Translations under genes and position numbers: made by a program
The notes under the pieces: generated by a model
The model's input: the letters and a program-made list of their open reading frames with translations, nothing else
The model's database searches: none
What the model was told of the DNA's origin: nothing
Source of the DNA: an uncultured Candidatus Saccharibacteria bacterium
GTDB taxonomy: Bacteria; Patescibacteriota; UBA1384; XYA2-FULL-43-10; 1-14-0-10-43-13
Assembly (NCBI GenBank): GCA_964406145.1
Contig: CAYOQP010000001.1
Span: 7,706-71,705 of the forward strand
Reading direction: 5' to 3'
Length of the DNA stretch: 64,000 nt
Shown here: positions 9,351 through 18,632 of the stretch, one piece after another
Position numbering within the stretch: position 1 is the stretch's first letter
How the letters are laid out: the number at the start of each line of letters is the position of its first letter

Positions 9351-10595
9351 CTAGTTTTTGAAAATTCCCTTTCGATGCAATGTTCTATAATATGCGATGG
9401 CGAATCGGTGAGATTCATCACGGGCCGAGATGGCAATATCTTTGAGAGATTTTGTATGATTGAAATATTCAGCAATCTTTAAATCTCCGTAATGAAAATC
9501 ATTTTTTGATCTATCTGGTCCTTTGGAAATGGAAATAACTGGAATCGATATTTTTTTTGAATCAAGTACTTTTTTAGCGACATTGAGATGATTGACCCCT
9601 CCATCGATTATAATAAGATCAGGAAAGGGCCAATCATTGTCAAATCTCCTCATCAAAACTTCTTCCAGACGCTCGAGATCACTTTTCTGTTCGCCTTTGA
9701 TCTTAAATTTTCGATACTCATCGACGGATTTTTTGCCATCTTCAAAGACGATCATAGAGCCGACAGAGTATTTATCGCCAATATTTGAAATGTCATAACA
9801 TTCTATCCGCTTAAATGTATCTTCGTGTTTTTCGACAAAATCGTCTCTTAGACCTATCGCCACATCTGAGAGATGTTTCAAAGCCATCAATTGATTGCGG
9901 ATATTCGCCGCCATCTCAAAATTGCGATTTTTACTATAGTTCAACATCTCCTTTTCTAGAGACTTCATTACTTCGCCCTTGCGGCCCTTAAGGAAATTTT
10001 TGAGATATTTAATGTTTCTATTATATTCTGCCTTATTAACATAGCCGACACACGGGCTTGTACAGACCCTTATGTCGCCATAGATACAAGAGCGATTTTT
10101 CTTTTTATAGCTATTGAATTTTGTCTTGGCGCAATCTCTATAAGGAAAAACTTTACGCAAAAAACTCAATGATTTCTTAAGTAATTCTCCAGCTGGGTAT
10201 GGACCAAAATAAAAAGCATTTTTATCCTTCAAATCGACATTTTTAAATCGCTCAAGAGAGATGATCGGGAAATCTTCCTTCGAGATCTTGATCATCAGGA
10301 ATGATTTGTCATCTTTGAGACGAACATTGTACTTGGGTTTTAATTTTTTAATCTGCTCGGCCTCGAGAATCACTGCCTCAATCTCTGACTCTGTCTCGAT
10401 CCACTCAATATCAGTGGCCAACCGGACCATTTGCTCAATGGCTGGACCGCGTCCGAGATCACGCGGCACAAAATATTGCTTCAATCTGTTCTTGAGATTC
10501 TTGGCTTTGCCAATATACAAAATCGCACCTTTTTCATTGAGAAAGCGATAAACACCAGGAACAGCGGGTATAATTTTAGATTGCAATATATTCAT
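9351..10595 (-). CDS. uvrC: Excinuclease ABC subunit C family protein, short form apparently lacking the C-terminal (HhH)2 domain
   Basis: 414 aa. N-terminal GIY-YIG (GVYRF...ILYIGKAKNL), then Cys-rich and UvrC core, ending in the conserved RDESHRFAI..YHR motif. Confidence 0.7.
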   Translation of the reverse strand: MNILQSKIIPAVPGVYRFLNEKGAILYIGKAKNLKNRLKQYFVPRDLGRGPAIEQMVRLATDIEWIETESEIEAVILEAEQIKKLKPKYNVRLKDDKSFLMIKISKEDFPIISLERFKNVDLKDKNAFYFGPYPAGELLKKSLSFLRKVFPYRDCAKTKFNSYKKKNRSCIYGDIRVCTSPCVGYVNKAEYNRNIKYLKNFLKGRKGEVMKSLEKEMLNYSKNRNFEMAANIRNQLMALKHLSDVAIGLRDDFVEKHEDTFKRIECYDISNIGDKYSVGSMIVFEDGKKSVDEYRKFKIKGEQKSDLERLEEVLMRRFDNDWPFPDLIIIDGGVNHLNVAKKVLDSKKISIPVISISKGPDRSKNDFHYGDLKIAEYFNHTKSLKDIAISARDESHRFAIAYYRTLHRKGIFKN

Positions 10596-10649
10596 ATTTA
10601 CTATTATACAGTATCGGGGAACAGAGACATGATCTTTGTTCCCCGAAGG

Positions 10650-11204
10650 TTAGCGCCGGATTTTGGAATAGCGTTTCCTCTCGGCAAAGCGAGACTCGCC
10701 GATTCCGGTATCCGAGCGCAAGAAGTCGCCCATGACTCCAACGGATACCCCGAACATCTCACGCAGAACGTAGTAACTCGTGACCATGCCCTCGCCACGT
10801 CTCAGCTGCTCCATTTCGACAAGCACATAGTCGCGTAGCCTTTCGAGCTGATCCATGGGATACTTTTCCCAGCCTCTGGCGCGGAGCGGACCAGAGCGAG
10901 AAGTACCTTTGGGTTTAGCAGGCCCAGGCCGCGATGTCGGTTTCATCGGTTTGCCGGATCGAACTGCTGGCACATCATGCGGAAGGCCAGTGAGGCGCCT
11001 CCATTCCGGTTTCTCCGATTCTCTCAGTCGGGCCTCTAGTAGTCGAGCGACAAAAGCCGCATCCATGGCAAACTGTCTTGCCAGATCTTCGCATCCCGGT
11101 ATATACCGTCCAACTTTGATGCGTCGACGTACGAACTGCATCAAAGAATGACAAGCCTTGTCAGGATACTGCGAAAAGTCGGCGGATGTGTCTGTAGTAG
11201 TCAT
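10650..11204 (-). CDS. Hypothetical protein on GC-rich island 1, with a possible HTH segment
   Basis: 184 aa ORF, GC about 60% against an AT-rich backbone. Own SD GAGGAGG 11 nt upstream of the ATG. Upstream TTGAAA / ATAGTG promoter-like elements. Putative HTH CEDLARQFAMDAAFVARLL. No recognisable family. Confidence 0.4.
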   Translation of the reverse strand: MTTTDTSADFSQYPDKACHSLMQFVRRRIKVGRYIPGCEDLARQFAMDAAFVARLLEARLRESEKPEWRRLTGLPHDVPAVRSGKPMKPTSRPGPAKPKGTSRSGPLRARGWEKYPMDQLERLRDYVLVEMEQLRRGEGMVTSYYVLREMFGVSVGVMGDFLRSDTGIGESRFAERKRYSKIRR

Positions 11205-11272
11205 TCTTCGACATTCCTCCTCAAGATTTGTATTTGCACTATACCATGTTTTCTATTTTTTTCAAGGAGTTG

Positions 11273-11301
11273 TTGACTCTAATTAGTCTTTCTGGTAGTA
11301 T
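11273..11301 (+). promoter_or_regulatory. Sigma70-like promoter for the plus-strand island 1 gene
   Basis: TTGACT (11273-78), 17-nt spacer, TAGTAT (11296-301), in an AT-rich divergent intergenic region. Confidence 0.4.
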
Positions 11302-11357
11302 ACTTTCATGTTTTTGACACGCAAAAAAAAGCAAGACATCATTAAGTCATTCGGCTA

Positions 11358-11429
11358 CGGGCCAGCTTTTTAGTGCAGTACAAAAACGTGCGCTTGAAGG
11401 AACTGGCCTCCGGGCCAGATTTTTTTTTG
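11358..11429 (+). promoter_or_regulatory. Leader attenuator-like element with an intrinsic terminator hairpin, T-run, and a possible upstream anti-terminator copy
   Basis: CTGGCC-TCCG-GGCCAG hairpin (11404-11419) followed by TTTTTTTTT. The upstream segment CGGGCCAGC (11358-66) can pair alternatively with CTGGCC. It lies between the promoter and the SD of the 11499 ORF. Confidence 0.4.
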
Positions 11430-11498
11430 TTTATCCAGGGGAAAATTCCTACATCATTCCCTGTAATAGACAAAATACCTTGAGGAGGTACACACGTC

Positions 11499-11891
11499 AT
11501 GGTCACTGCTCTTTCGAGCCGCAACACCTTGGCGGGCAAAAAACCCGTCAGCATGACACCAGAAGAGTTGATCAGCCTGGTGGCGGAAGCACCGCTCCAG
11601 TGGTCAAGCTCGCACATCGCCGCTGCCACTATCCTCGGCTGTATGCTCGCGGAAGAAGGTGGCTTTGCCGACACGATCAAGCAGACGCCGCAAGCTCTCG
11701 CGAACATCGCCCGCTGTCGGCGCCTTCACCCCGGAGTTCGCGACACCGCCCTCCTGATCCTCACCCAGCACGAAGGAGAAGGGGCCACGGCCCCTGACAA
11801 CCGCTTTGCGCGGGGATTCGAGCGCCGCCAGAAGCTTCGGACCAAGAAGCCCAAGGCCTGCGGCGGGCCAGTTCCCTGCTTCATCCAGTAG
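11499..11891 (+). CDS. Hypothetical protein on GC-rich island 1
   Basis: 130 aa ORF, GC about 62%. Strong SD GAGGAGG 9-10 nt upstream of the ATG. Basic C-terminus. No recognisable family. Confidence 0.4.
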   Translation: MVTALSSRNTLAGKKPVSMTPEELISLVAEAPLQWSSSHIAAATILGCMLAEEGGFADTIKQTPQALANIARCRRLHPGVRDTALLILTQHEGEGATAPDNRFARGFERRQKLRTKKPKACGGPVPCFIQ

Positions 11892-11918
11892 TGCGCTTAA
11901 AGCGCCACAAGTTCAGAA

Positions 11919-11947
11919 ACGCCTCAGTGCAATGCACTGAGGCGTTC
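11919..11947. terminator. GC-rich perfect inverted repeat at the right edge of island 1, between convergent genes
   Basis: AACGCCTCAGTGCA / TGCACTGAGGCGTT, 14-bp arms. A second small palindrome GCGCTT-A-AAGCGC lies at 11892-11904. No T-run. Confidence 0.35.
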
Positions 11948-11957
11948 CCTGTTTAAA

Positions 11958-13166
11958 CTAGATCTTCTCTATTGATACTTTATCAGTAACCAAATCAATT
12001 TTTTCTATGCCACCAGCTTCAAGTGATTTCTTGGAGACAATTATTCTCTCCGGACAGCCAATCAAATCCGCCTCAGCAAATTTTTCTCCAGCCGACATGT
12101 CTCTATCATCATAAAGAACTTCGACGCCATCAGACTTTAACTTCTTATAAATCTTTTCTGCTTCTTCGTTTTGATTTAATGAGATGATCTCGACTTGATA
12201 TGGAGCGACCTCTTTCGGCCAGACCATTCTATTCTTGGTTGCGTCATAATAGACCTCGACAACTGTCGCCATCGAACGAGTGATGCCAATGCCATAACAG
12301 CCCATGATAAATTCTTTCTCATTTCCATCCTTGTCAAGAAATGTTGCCTTCATCGGCTTTGAAAATCGATCCTTAAGCGGGAAAATATTGCCCACCTCAA
12401 TGCCACGATCTGCCTGGATTTTGCCATCACATTTTGGGCATTTATCATTTTCTTTGACCTCTGCGATCTCCTTATTTTGAGCAAAATCACATTTATCACA
12501 ATGATAGATTGTATCTTCACCTACTGCAGTTAAGACCTGAAACTCATGAGAGAATTTCGAGAATATTCCACCAGAAGCCTCAACAAGCTTTGCATCGAGA
12601 CCCAATCTTTTGAAAACATTGAAATAGGCTGGGATCGATTTTTGATAGAATTCTTCATGTTGATCCAGAGTAGCTGAGAAACTGTACATGTCCTTCATGA
12701 TGAATTCTCTACCACGCAAAAGACCGGATTTAACTCTTGGCTCATTTCGAAATTTTGTTTGAATTTGATAAATAGCAAAGGGCAGATCCTTATAGGAAGT
12801 AATATTTTTTCTCACAATATCAGTGACCTCTTCCTCATGAGTTGGAGCAAGATTCATCTCTTTGCCACGACTATCTTTCAGTTTGTAGAAAATATCAATA
12901 GCTGAATTCCAACGGTCGGTCTCTTCCCAGAGCTCTTTTGGCTGAAGAACATTCATAAGAATTTGTTGGCCACCGATTTCATCCATCTCTTCTTTGACTA
13001 TCTTTTCAATCTTTTCGATTACTCTTTGCCCCAAAGGCAAAAGAGCATAGGCTCCAGCCATATGTTTATGAACAAATCCGGCTCTAATTAAATAAGAAGC
13101 ATTAGTTGAATCGGCATCAGCTGGCGTTTCTTTTCTGGTTTTGAAAAATAGCTTCGATAGTTTCAT
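11958..13166 (-). CDS. proS: Prolyl-tRNA synthetase, minimal form without the INS editing domain
   Basis: 402 aa. Class II motif 2 FRNEPRVKSGLLRGREFIMKDMYSF, motif 3 GCYGIGITR, and a C-terminal anticodon-binding domain. Confidence 0.9.
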   Translation of the reverse strand: MKLSKLFFKTRKETPADADSTNASYLIRAGFVHKHMAGAYALLPLGQRVIEKIEKIVKEEMDEIGGQQILMNVLQPKELWEETDRWNSAIDIFYKLKDSRGKEMNLAPTHEEEVTDIVRKNITSYKDLPFAIYQIQTKFRNEPRVKSGLLRGREFIMKDMYSFSATLDQHEEFYQKSIPAYFNVFKRLGLDAKLVEASGGIFSKFSHEFQVLTAVGEDTIYHCDKCDFAQNKEIAEVKENDKCPKCDGKIQADRGIEVGNIFPLKDRFSKPMKATFLDKDGNEKEFIMGCYGIGITRSMATVVEVYYDATKNRMVWPKEVAPYQVEIISLNQNEEAEKIYKKLKSDGVEVLYDDRDMSAGEKFAEADLIGCPERIIVSKKSLEAGGIEKIDLVTDKVSIEKI

Positions 13167-13179
13167 GATTTTCCTTTTA

Positions 13180-14250
13180 TTATGAAAAAAGTCTCAAAAT
13201 GTCCTTGTAAGTAACGGCCAAAACCAGAAGAATCAATAGAACGAAGCCGATAGTATGAATTATCCCCTCAACATTTTCTTTTACAATACGCTTGCCAAAA
13301 ATTTTTTCAAGAACAATAAATAAAACTCGACCACCATCAAGGGCAGGCAATGGCATGATATTAATTAGCGCCAAATTCAATGAGAGAATTGCAATAAATT
13401 GCAACAGAACAACAAATCCAGCTCTAGCCGCCACACCAGTTAGGTTAAAAATAGCCACCGGACCGCCAACTTGATCTGAAATTGTTCCAGTTGAAAAGAG
13501 TTGTTTGGCAAAATCACCCAAGAAAGAAAAAGTATATTTCAAAACTCTATAAGACTCAATCATGGCAACATAAGGAGCTTTGTACCAAGGAACTCTGATA
13601 ACTGCTTGGTCAATAATTCCTATTCCCATCGGAGCGGATTTATCTTCAGACAAAATGACTGTTTTTTCTATTACATCATTTTGCCTTTGAATTTTTATAG
13701 AAACTTCTTTGCCAAGATTCTCTCCAGTATAAGTAGTTACATCGCTAATTCCGTCGAAAGAAATGTCTCCATGTCCAATCAATTTGTCTCCAATTTGTAT
13801 TCCAGCCCTTTCAGCCGGAGAACCACTCTTGATCTCGGCAATGAAAATTTGTGATTTAATTTTTTGACCAGGTATTTCATCTGATCGACTTGCGATTGGA
13901 GACATGCCAATACTGAAAGCAATGGTCAAGATAAACCAAGCCAGAATAACGTTCATTAAGACACCGGCAACCCCAATAACGAATCGCTTAAATATCGATT
14001 GTCTATTAAAAGAACGAGGATCAGAAGACTGTTCATCTTCACCCAACATTTTGACATAACCGCCAAGAGGAAGAGCTCCGATAGTATATTGAGTCTCATT
14101 TTTCTTAAAAGAAAAAATACGAGGAGGAAAGCCGATAGAAAACTCAAGGACTTTCACACCAGATATTTTTGCTGTTATATAGTGCCCAAATTCATGGACA
14201 AGAACAAGAATACCAAGGACCAAGATGAATGCTACTATTGTAAGAAACAA
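13180..14250 (-). CDS. rseP: Site-2 protease RseP-like zinc metalloprotease with a PDZ domain
   Basis: 356 aa. HEFGH in the first TM, an internal PDZ, and a C-terminal LDGG motif. Confidence 0.85.
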   Translation of the reverse strand: MFLTIVAFILVLGILVLVHEFGHYITAKISGVKVLEFSIGFPPRIFSFKKNETQYTIGALPLGGYVKMLGEDEQSSDPRSFNRQSIFKRFVIGVAGVLMNVILAWFILTIAFSIGMSPIASRSDEIPGQKIKSQIFIAEIKSGSPAERAGIQIGDKLIGHGDISFDGISDVTTYTGENLGKEVSIKIQRQNDVIEKTVILSEDKSAPMGIGIIDQAVIRVPWYKAPYVAMIESYRVLKYTFSFLGDFAKQLFSTGTISDQVGGPVAIFNLTGVAARAGFVVLLQFIAILSLNLALINIMPLPALDGGRVLFIVLEKIFGKRIVKENVEGIIHTIGFVLLILLVLAVTYKDILRLFS

Positions 14251-14283
14251 TTTCCTCCTAAAAAATAAAAATAATGACTAAAA

Positions 14284-14841
14284 TTAGATCTTCATAACTT
14301 CAGTTTCCTTCTCGGAAACTGTTCGATCAACTTCTTTATTCATTTCATTAATAATTTTATTAAGCTCTTCTTCGGCCCAGCGTCGATCGTCTTCAGTTAC
14401 TTCACTTTTTTTCTCAGCCGTCTGAACTTTATCCCAAGCATCACGTCTAATGTTTCTAATACTAACTTTTGTCTCTTCACCATGTTTTTTAACCTGGGAA
14501 ACAATTTCTTTACGTCTTTCTTCGGTCATCGGCGGCAAGACAAGTCTAATCTGTTGACCGTCATTAATAGGCGCAAGACCAATATCAGAATTTCTGATTG
14601 CTGTCTCAATCGTGTTCAAAACGCTTCTTTCCCATGGTCTAATGACAATTTGACCTGGATCTGGCACGGTCACAGAAGCCAGCTCTTTGATCATTGTATT
14701 AGTGCCATAGTATGAAACTGTCACATTGTCCAAAATACTTGGGTTGGCTCTGCCCGTCCTTAATCTAGATAGTTCGGTTCTTAAGGCTGAAATCGCCGAC
14801 TCCATTTTAGGTTTTACTTCTTTGAGAATTTGTTCAATCAT
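14284..14841 (-). CDS. frr: Ribosome recycling factor
   Basis: 185 aa with typical RRF sequence throughout. Confidence 0.95.
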   Translation of the reverse strand: MIEQILKEVKPKMESAISALRTELSRLRTGRANPSILDNVTVSYYGTNTMIKELASVTVPDPGQIVIRPWERSVLNTIETAIRNSDIGLAPINDGQQIRLVLPPMTEERRKEIVSQVKKHGEETKVSIRNIRRDAWDKVQTAEKKSEVTEDDRRWAEEELNKIINEMNKEVDRTVSEKETEVMKI

Positions 14842-14849
14842 AAAACTCC

Positions 14850-15563
14850 TTAGCTAATAATAGTGCCGATTTTTTGGCCATTTATAACATTTTTGACATT
14901 ATCTTTTTCCATTAGAGCAAAAACAATAATTGGCAATTTGTTTTCCATGCACAAAGTCACAGCGGTGCCATCCATAACTTTTAGATCGCCATTGATAATA
15001 TCCAAATAAGATAGATTTTCATACTTTTTAGTATTCTGATGTTTTTCAGGATCTTTATCATGGACACCGTCAACCTTTGTCGCCTTAAGGACGACTTCAC
15101 AATCAAGTTCGCAAGCCCTAATGGCCGCGGCTGTATCGGTCGAGAAATACGGATGGCCGCTTCCTGCGGCGACAATAACAACGCGACCCTTTTCAAGATG
15201 CCTAATGGCACGGTCTCGAATATATGATTCGCATACTTTTGGCATATCAATTGCAGACTGAACCCTAGCAACAACTCCAATTTCATTAAGAGCACTACCT
15301 AAAGCAAGAGAATTCATGACTGTAGCCAACATTCCGATGTAATCACCTGTCGTCCTATCCATTCCATTATGTTCCGCTCTGGCTCCTCTGAAAATATTGC
15401 CGCCGCCAAAAACTATCACAACTTCAGTTCCATCTTTGACTACTTTTTCAATCTCTTTAGCAATAAAAGAACACGCCTCTGGATCAATTCCATAGGTTCG
15501 CTTGCCGAGAAGTGCTTCCCCGGAAAGCTTTAGGAGTATTCTTTTATATTTCTTGTCTGCCAT
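14850..15563 (-). CDS. pyrH: UMP kinase
   Basis: 237 aa. ILLKLSGEAL N-terminus of the amino-acid kinase fold. Confidence 0.95.
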   Translation of the reverse strand: MADKKYKRILLKLSGEALLGKRTYGIDPEACSFIAKEIEKVVKDGTEVVIVFGGGNIFRGARAEHNGMDRTTGDYIGMLATVMNSLALGSALNEIGVVARVQSAIDMPKVCESYIRDRAIRHLEKGRVVIVAAGSGHPYFSTDTAAAIRACELDCEVVLKATKVDGVHDKDPEKHQNTKKYENLSYLDIINGDLKVMDGTAVTLCMENKLPIIVFALMEKDNVKNVINGQKIGTIIS

Positions 15564-15583
15564 ACTAATAAAATGATAGCAGA

Positions 15584-16180
15584 TTAAGCTCCGATTTCAA
15601 AACGAGAAAAACGAGAAATAGTTATCTTTTCACCAATTTTGGCGATTTTTTCATTCAATAGATCATTTATTGTTTTAGTAGAATCCTTAACAAATGGCTG
15701 AGACATTAAACACATTTCTTCAACATATTTGTCAATTTTGCCTTGTACGATTTTCTCGACGATATTTTCTGGTTTACCGCTGGCTTTGACCTCCTCGACA
15801 AAGTAAACCTTTTCCTTCTCGATGTCTTCAGCTGGGACTTGATCAGAACTTAGGTATTTTGGATTCATTGCAGCAATATGCAAAGCAACATCATGAGCAA
15901 ATTCTTTAAACTCGTCATTCTTGGCCACAAAATCAGTTTCAGCAAGGACTTCAACAATGACACCGATTTTGCCATTTGCATGGACATAGGACTCGATAAT
16001 ACCCTCTTTGGCTTCTCTTTCTGATCTCTTGGCCGCCTTCAAAGCACCCTGTTTCTTCAAGATTTCCATTGCCTTAGTTTCATCGCCATCAGCCTCGACA
16101 AGTGCTTTTTTGCACTCCATCATGCCGATACCGGTCTTAGCTCTTAGTTCTGCAATCTGCTTAGCCGTAATATTTGCCAT
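15584..16180 (-). CDS. tsf: Elongation factor Ts (short form)
   Basis: 198 aa. N-terminal UBA-like ITAKQIAELRAKTGIGMMECKKAL. Confidence 0.9.
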   Translation of the reverse strand: MANITAKQIAELRAKTGIGMMECKKALVEADGDETKAMEILKKQGALKAAKRSEREAKEGIIESYVHANGKIGVIVEVLAETDFVAKNDEFKEFAHDVALHIAAMNPKYLSSDQVPAEDIEKEKVYFVEEVKASGKPENIVEKIVQGKIDKYVEEMCLMSQPFVKDSTKTINDLLNEKIAKIGEKITISRFSRFEIGA

Positions 16181-16201
16181 ATCTCTCCTTTTTTCTAAAA
16201 T

Positions 16202-16915
16202 TTATTTTTCTTTAGATGCATCAACTTTTGCGCTTTTCTTTCTGGCTTCCGAAATTGTCTGAGCAAAAAGTTGAGCGAAAAGCTTAACCGATTTTGTTGC
16301 GTCATCATTTGCGGGGATCGGGTAGTCAATTATTGTTGGATCAGCATTAGTGTCGACTGTCGCAACAATTGAAATGCCAACTCTTTTAGCTTCCTTAACA
16401 GCAATTTTTTCATCATATGAACCAAAAAGAAGTAAGGCGTCTGGCTTTCGATCAAGATTAATGAGCCCGCCTAAATATTTTTCGCCTCTGCCAACTTCTT
16501 TTCTGATTTTTGAAAGTTCACTCTTGGTTAAAACTGTATTCTCGTTTTCAAGCTCTTCTTTTTGTTTCTTGAGCTTCTTGGCGGCACTTCTAATAGCATC
16601 GAAGTTAGTCAATGTTCCACCAAGCCAACGAGTATTAACGTATGGCATACCGCAAGAAATTGCCGCATCTTTGATGATTTCTCCGGACTGTTTCTTTGTC
16701 CCGACGAAAACAAACATCTTGCCGGCTTCGGCTTCTTTTTTGATAAAATCGACAGCCTTTTTTAATTCTTCCTGAGTCTTCTCAAGATTAATAACATGAA
16801 CACCGGACTTAGCCGTAAAGATATAAGGAGCCATTTTTGGAGACCAACGTGAAGTCTTGTGACCAAAATGAACACCAGCATCTAACATTTCTCGAAGCGA
16901 AGGTAACTCTACCAT
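16202..16915 (-). CDS. rpsB: 30S ribosomal protein S2
   Basis: 237 aa. LDAGVHFGHKTSRWSP motif. Confidence 0.95.
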   Translation of the reverse strand: MVELPSLREMLDAGVHFGHKTSRWSPKMAPYIFTAKSGVHVINLEKTQEELKKAVDFIKKEAEAGKMFVFVGTKKQSGEIIKDAAISCGMPYVNTRWLGGTLTNFDAIRSAAKKLKKQKEELENENTVLTKSELSKIRKEVGRGEKYLGGLINLDRKPDALLLFGSYDEKIAVKEAKRVGISIVATVDTNADPTIIDYPIPANDDATKSVKLFAQLFAQTISEARKKSAKVDASKEK

Positions 16916-17074
16916 AAAAAAACCTTTCTTAATTTCTCTTTAGATATTTATTAGCAATTTGGTTTCTTTTTTCTTCCGCTCAACATGTCGCAATGGACAG
17001 AAACCTGAGATGAGCGTGATTCCCCGAGATAACTCGTGGGTTTATTTCATTACGGGATTGATAGTAACATAATG

Positions 17075-17103
17075 TTGACTTAAATGCAATGCTATGGTAA
17101 GAT
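17075..17103 (+). promoter_or_regulatory. Sigma70-like promoter for rpmE
   Basis: TTGACT (17075-80), 17-nt spacer, TGgTAAGAT extended -10 (17095-103). Confidence 0.45.
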
Positions 17104-17112
17104 CCTTTAAGT

Positions 17113-17388
17113 ATGAAAGAGAACATTCACCCAAAATACAACAAAGAAGTTATCGCCACTTGTGCTTGTGGCGCTAAATTTGCGACTGGTTCAACTCGTG
17201 AAGAGATTAAGGTTGAAATTTGTTCAGCCTGCCATCCTTTCTTCACCGGCAAACAGAAACTCGTTGACACTGCCGGCCGAGTCGATAAATTCAAAGCCAA
17301 GATGGAGGCTTCCAAGAAAATGCAGGAAGCAAACGCCAAAAAGGCCGCTCTTAAACCAGCCAAAAAAGAGAACAAAGAAGAGAAATAA
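17113..17388 (+). CDS. rpmE: 50S ribosomal protein L31 (Zn-ribbon type) with a Lys-rich C-terminal tail
   Basis: 91 aa. CxC and CxxC zinc-ribbon cysteines, and the [13 protein letters not shown] motif. Confidence 0.9.
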   Translation: MKENIHPKYNKEVIATCACGAKFATGSTREEIKVEICSACHPFFTGKQKLVDTAGRVDKFKAKMEASKKMQEANAKKAALKPAKKENKEEK

Positions 17389-17404
17389 CGCTTCCTATAT
17401 TAAA

Positions 17405-17447
17405 ATCGGCCCAGACTAGATATAATTCTAGTAAGCCGATTTTTTTG
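17405..17447 (+). terminator. Rho-independent terminator after rpmE
   Basis: ATCGGC...GCCGAT stem enclosing a second palindrome CTAGATATAATTCTAG, followed by TTTTTTT. Confidence 0.6.
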
Positions 17448-17471
17448 ATAATAAACAACTAGTTACGAGTG

Positions 17472-17549
17472 AGGGTTTTGCTTTTGTGAGTGCCGGTCTC
17501 GCGATTAGCGAGTAGGATGGCTAGGGTGGCTGGAACAAAAGCAAAACCC
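17472..17549 (+). promoter_or_regulatory. Structured leader upstream of prfA. A 14-bp perfect long-range stem encloses a GC-rich segment of about 50 nt.
   Basis: GGGTTTTGCTTTTG (17472-85) pairs perfectly with CAAAAGCAAAACCC (17536-49). An internal hairpin CTCGC-GATTA-GCGAG is present. It ends 9 nt before the prfA ATG. Confidence 0.35.
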
Positions 17550-17558
17550 GAATGAGAG

Positions 17559-18632
17559 ATGAACACAGAAAAATTACAATCAATTTTAAGTCGCTACGAA
17601 GATCTAGAAAAAAGTTTGCATGATCCGGTCATCGCACAGAATCAAACTGAGATCACCAAAGTAGCTAAAGAAAAATCAGAGCTCGAAGAGCTTGCAAATC
17701 TAATCAAGCAATATTTTGATATTCAAAAAAATATTGCCGACAATAAGGAAATTATCAACGGAAATGACGACCAAGATTTGAAAAATCTCGCTCAGGAAGA
17801 ACTTTCTGGACTTGAGAAGGAAGAGCTAAGATTAACCAAAGAGCTTGAGGTTGCTCTCCTGCCCAAGGATCAAAATGACGAAAAAAACGTTATTATTGAG
17901 ATTAGACCAGGAGCAGGTGGCGACGAATCAGAACTTTTCGCCGGAGAAATATTAAGAATGTATAATCGTTTTGCTGAAAGACGCAACTGGAAGATAAATA
18001 CTCTTGAAATTCAAGCTACCGGCATCGGTGGAGTAAAATATGCTGCTTTTGAAATATGTGGCGACAAAGTTTATTCTAAGATGAAATATGAAAGCGGAGT
18101 TCATAGAGTCCAGAGAATCCCCGAAACAGAGAAACAGGGTCGCGTCCACACCTCAACAGTCACTGTCGCCGTCATGCCTGAGGCAGAGGAAGCAGACGTC
18201 GAAATCAGACCAGAAGACCTAAGGCTCGACACCTTTTGCGCTGGCGGACACGGTGGACAATCAGTTAACACTACTTATTCGGCTGTCAGAATCACCCACT
18301 TGCCTACCGGCACAGTCGTAACTTGTCAAGATGAAAGAAGCCAGTTGAAAAACAAAGAGAAAGCAATGGGCATCTTGAGATCTAGAATCTTAGCCGTCAG
18401 AGAAGAACAAGCCATGAAAGAGCGTCGCGACCTTCGTTCATCTCAGATCGGAACAGGGGACCGTTCAGAAAAAATTAGAACGTATAATTTTCCTCAAGAC
18501 AGGGTCACTGATCACAGAATAAATCAGTCGTGGCATTCAATTTATAATATTATGGATGGCGATATTGAATCAATGATGACAGCCCTCATGACAGAGGATC
18601 AATCTCGCAAACTTGCCGCTTCCAATCTCTAA
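17559..18632 (+). CDS. prfA: Peptide chain release factor 1
   Basis: 357 aa. GGQ motif ([11 protein letters not shown]) and an RF1-type PET tripeptide. Confidence 0.95.
   Translation: MNTEKLQSILSRYEDLEKSLHDPVIAQNQTEITKVAKEKSELEELANLIKQYFDIQKNIADNKEIINGNDDQDLKNLAQEELSGLEKEELRLTKELEVALLPKDQNDEKNVIIEIRPGAGGDESELFAGEILRMYNRFAERRNWKINTLEIQATGIGGVKYAAFEICGDKVYSKMKYESGVHRVQRIPETEKQGRVHTSTVTVAVMPEAEEADVEIRPEDLRLDTFCAGGHGGQSVNTTYSAVRITHLPTGTVVTCQDERSQLKNKEKAMGILRSRILAVREEQAMKERRDLRSSQIGTGDRSEKIRTYNFPQDRVTDHRINQSWHSIYNIMDGDIESMMTALMTEDQSRKLAASNL

Noticed and set aside
10431-11151. Plus-strand ORFs (135 aa and 98 aa) overlapping the 184-aa island gene
   Set aside because: These are antisense or alternative frames opened by high GC. 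They have no SD or start context and a low-complexity composition.
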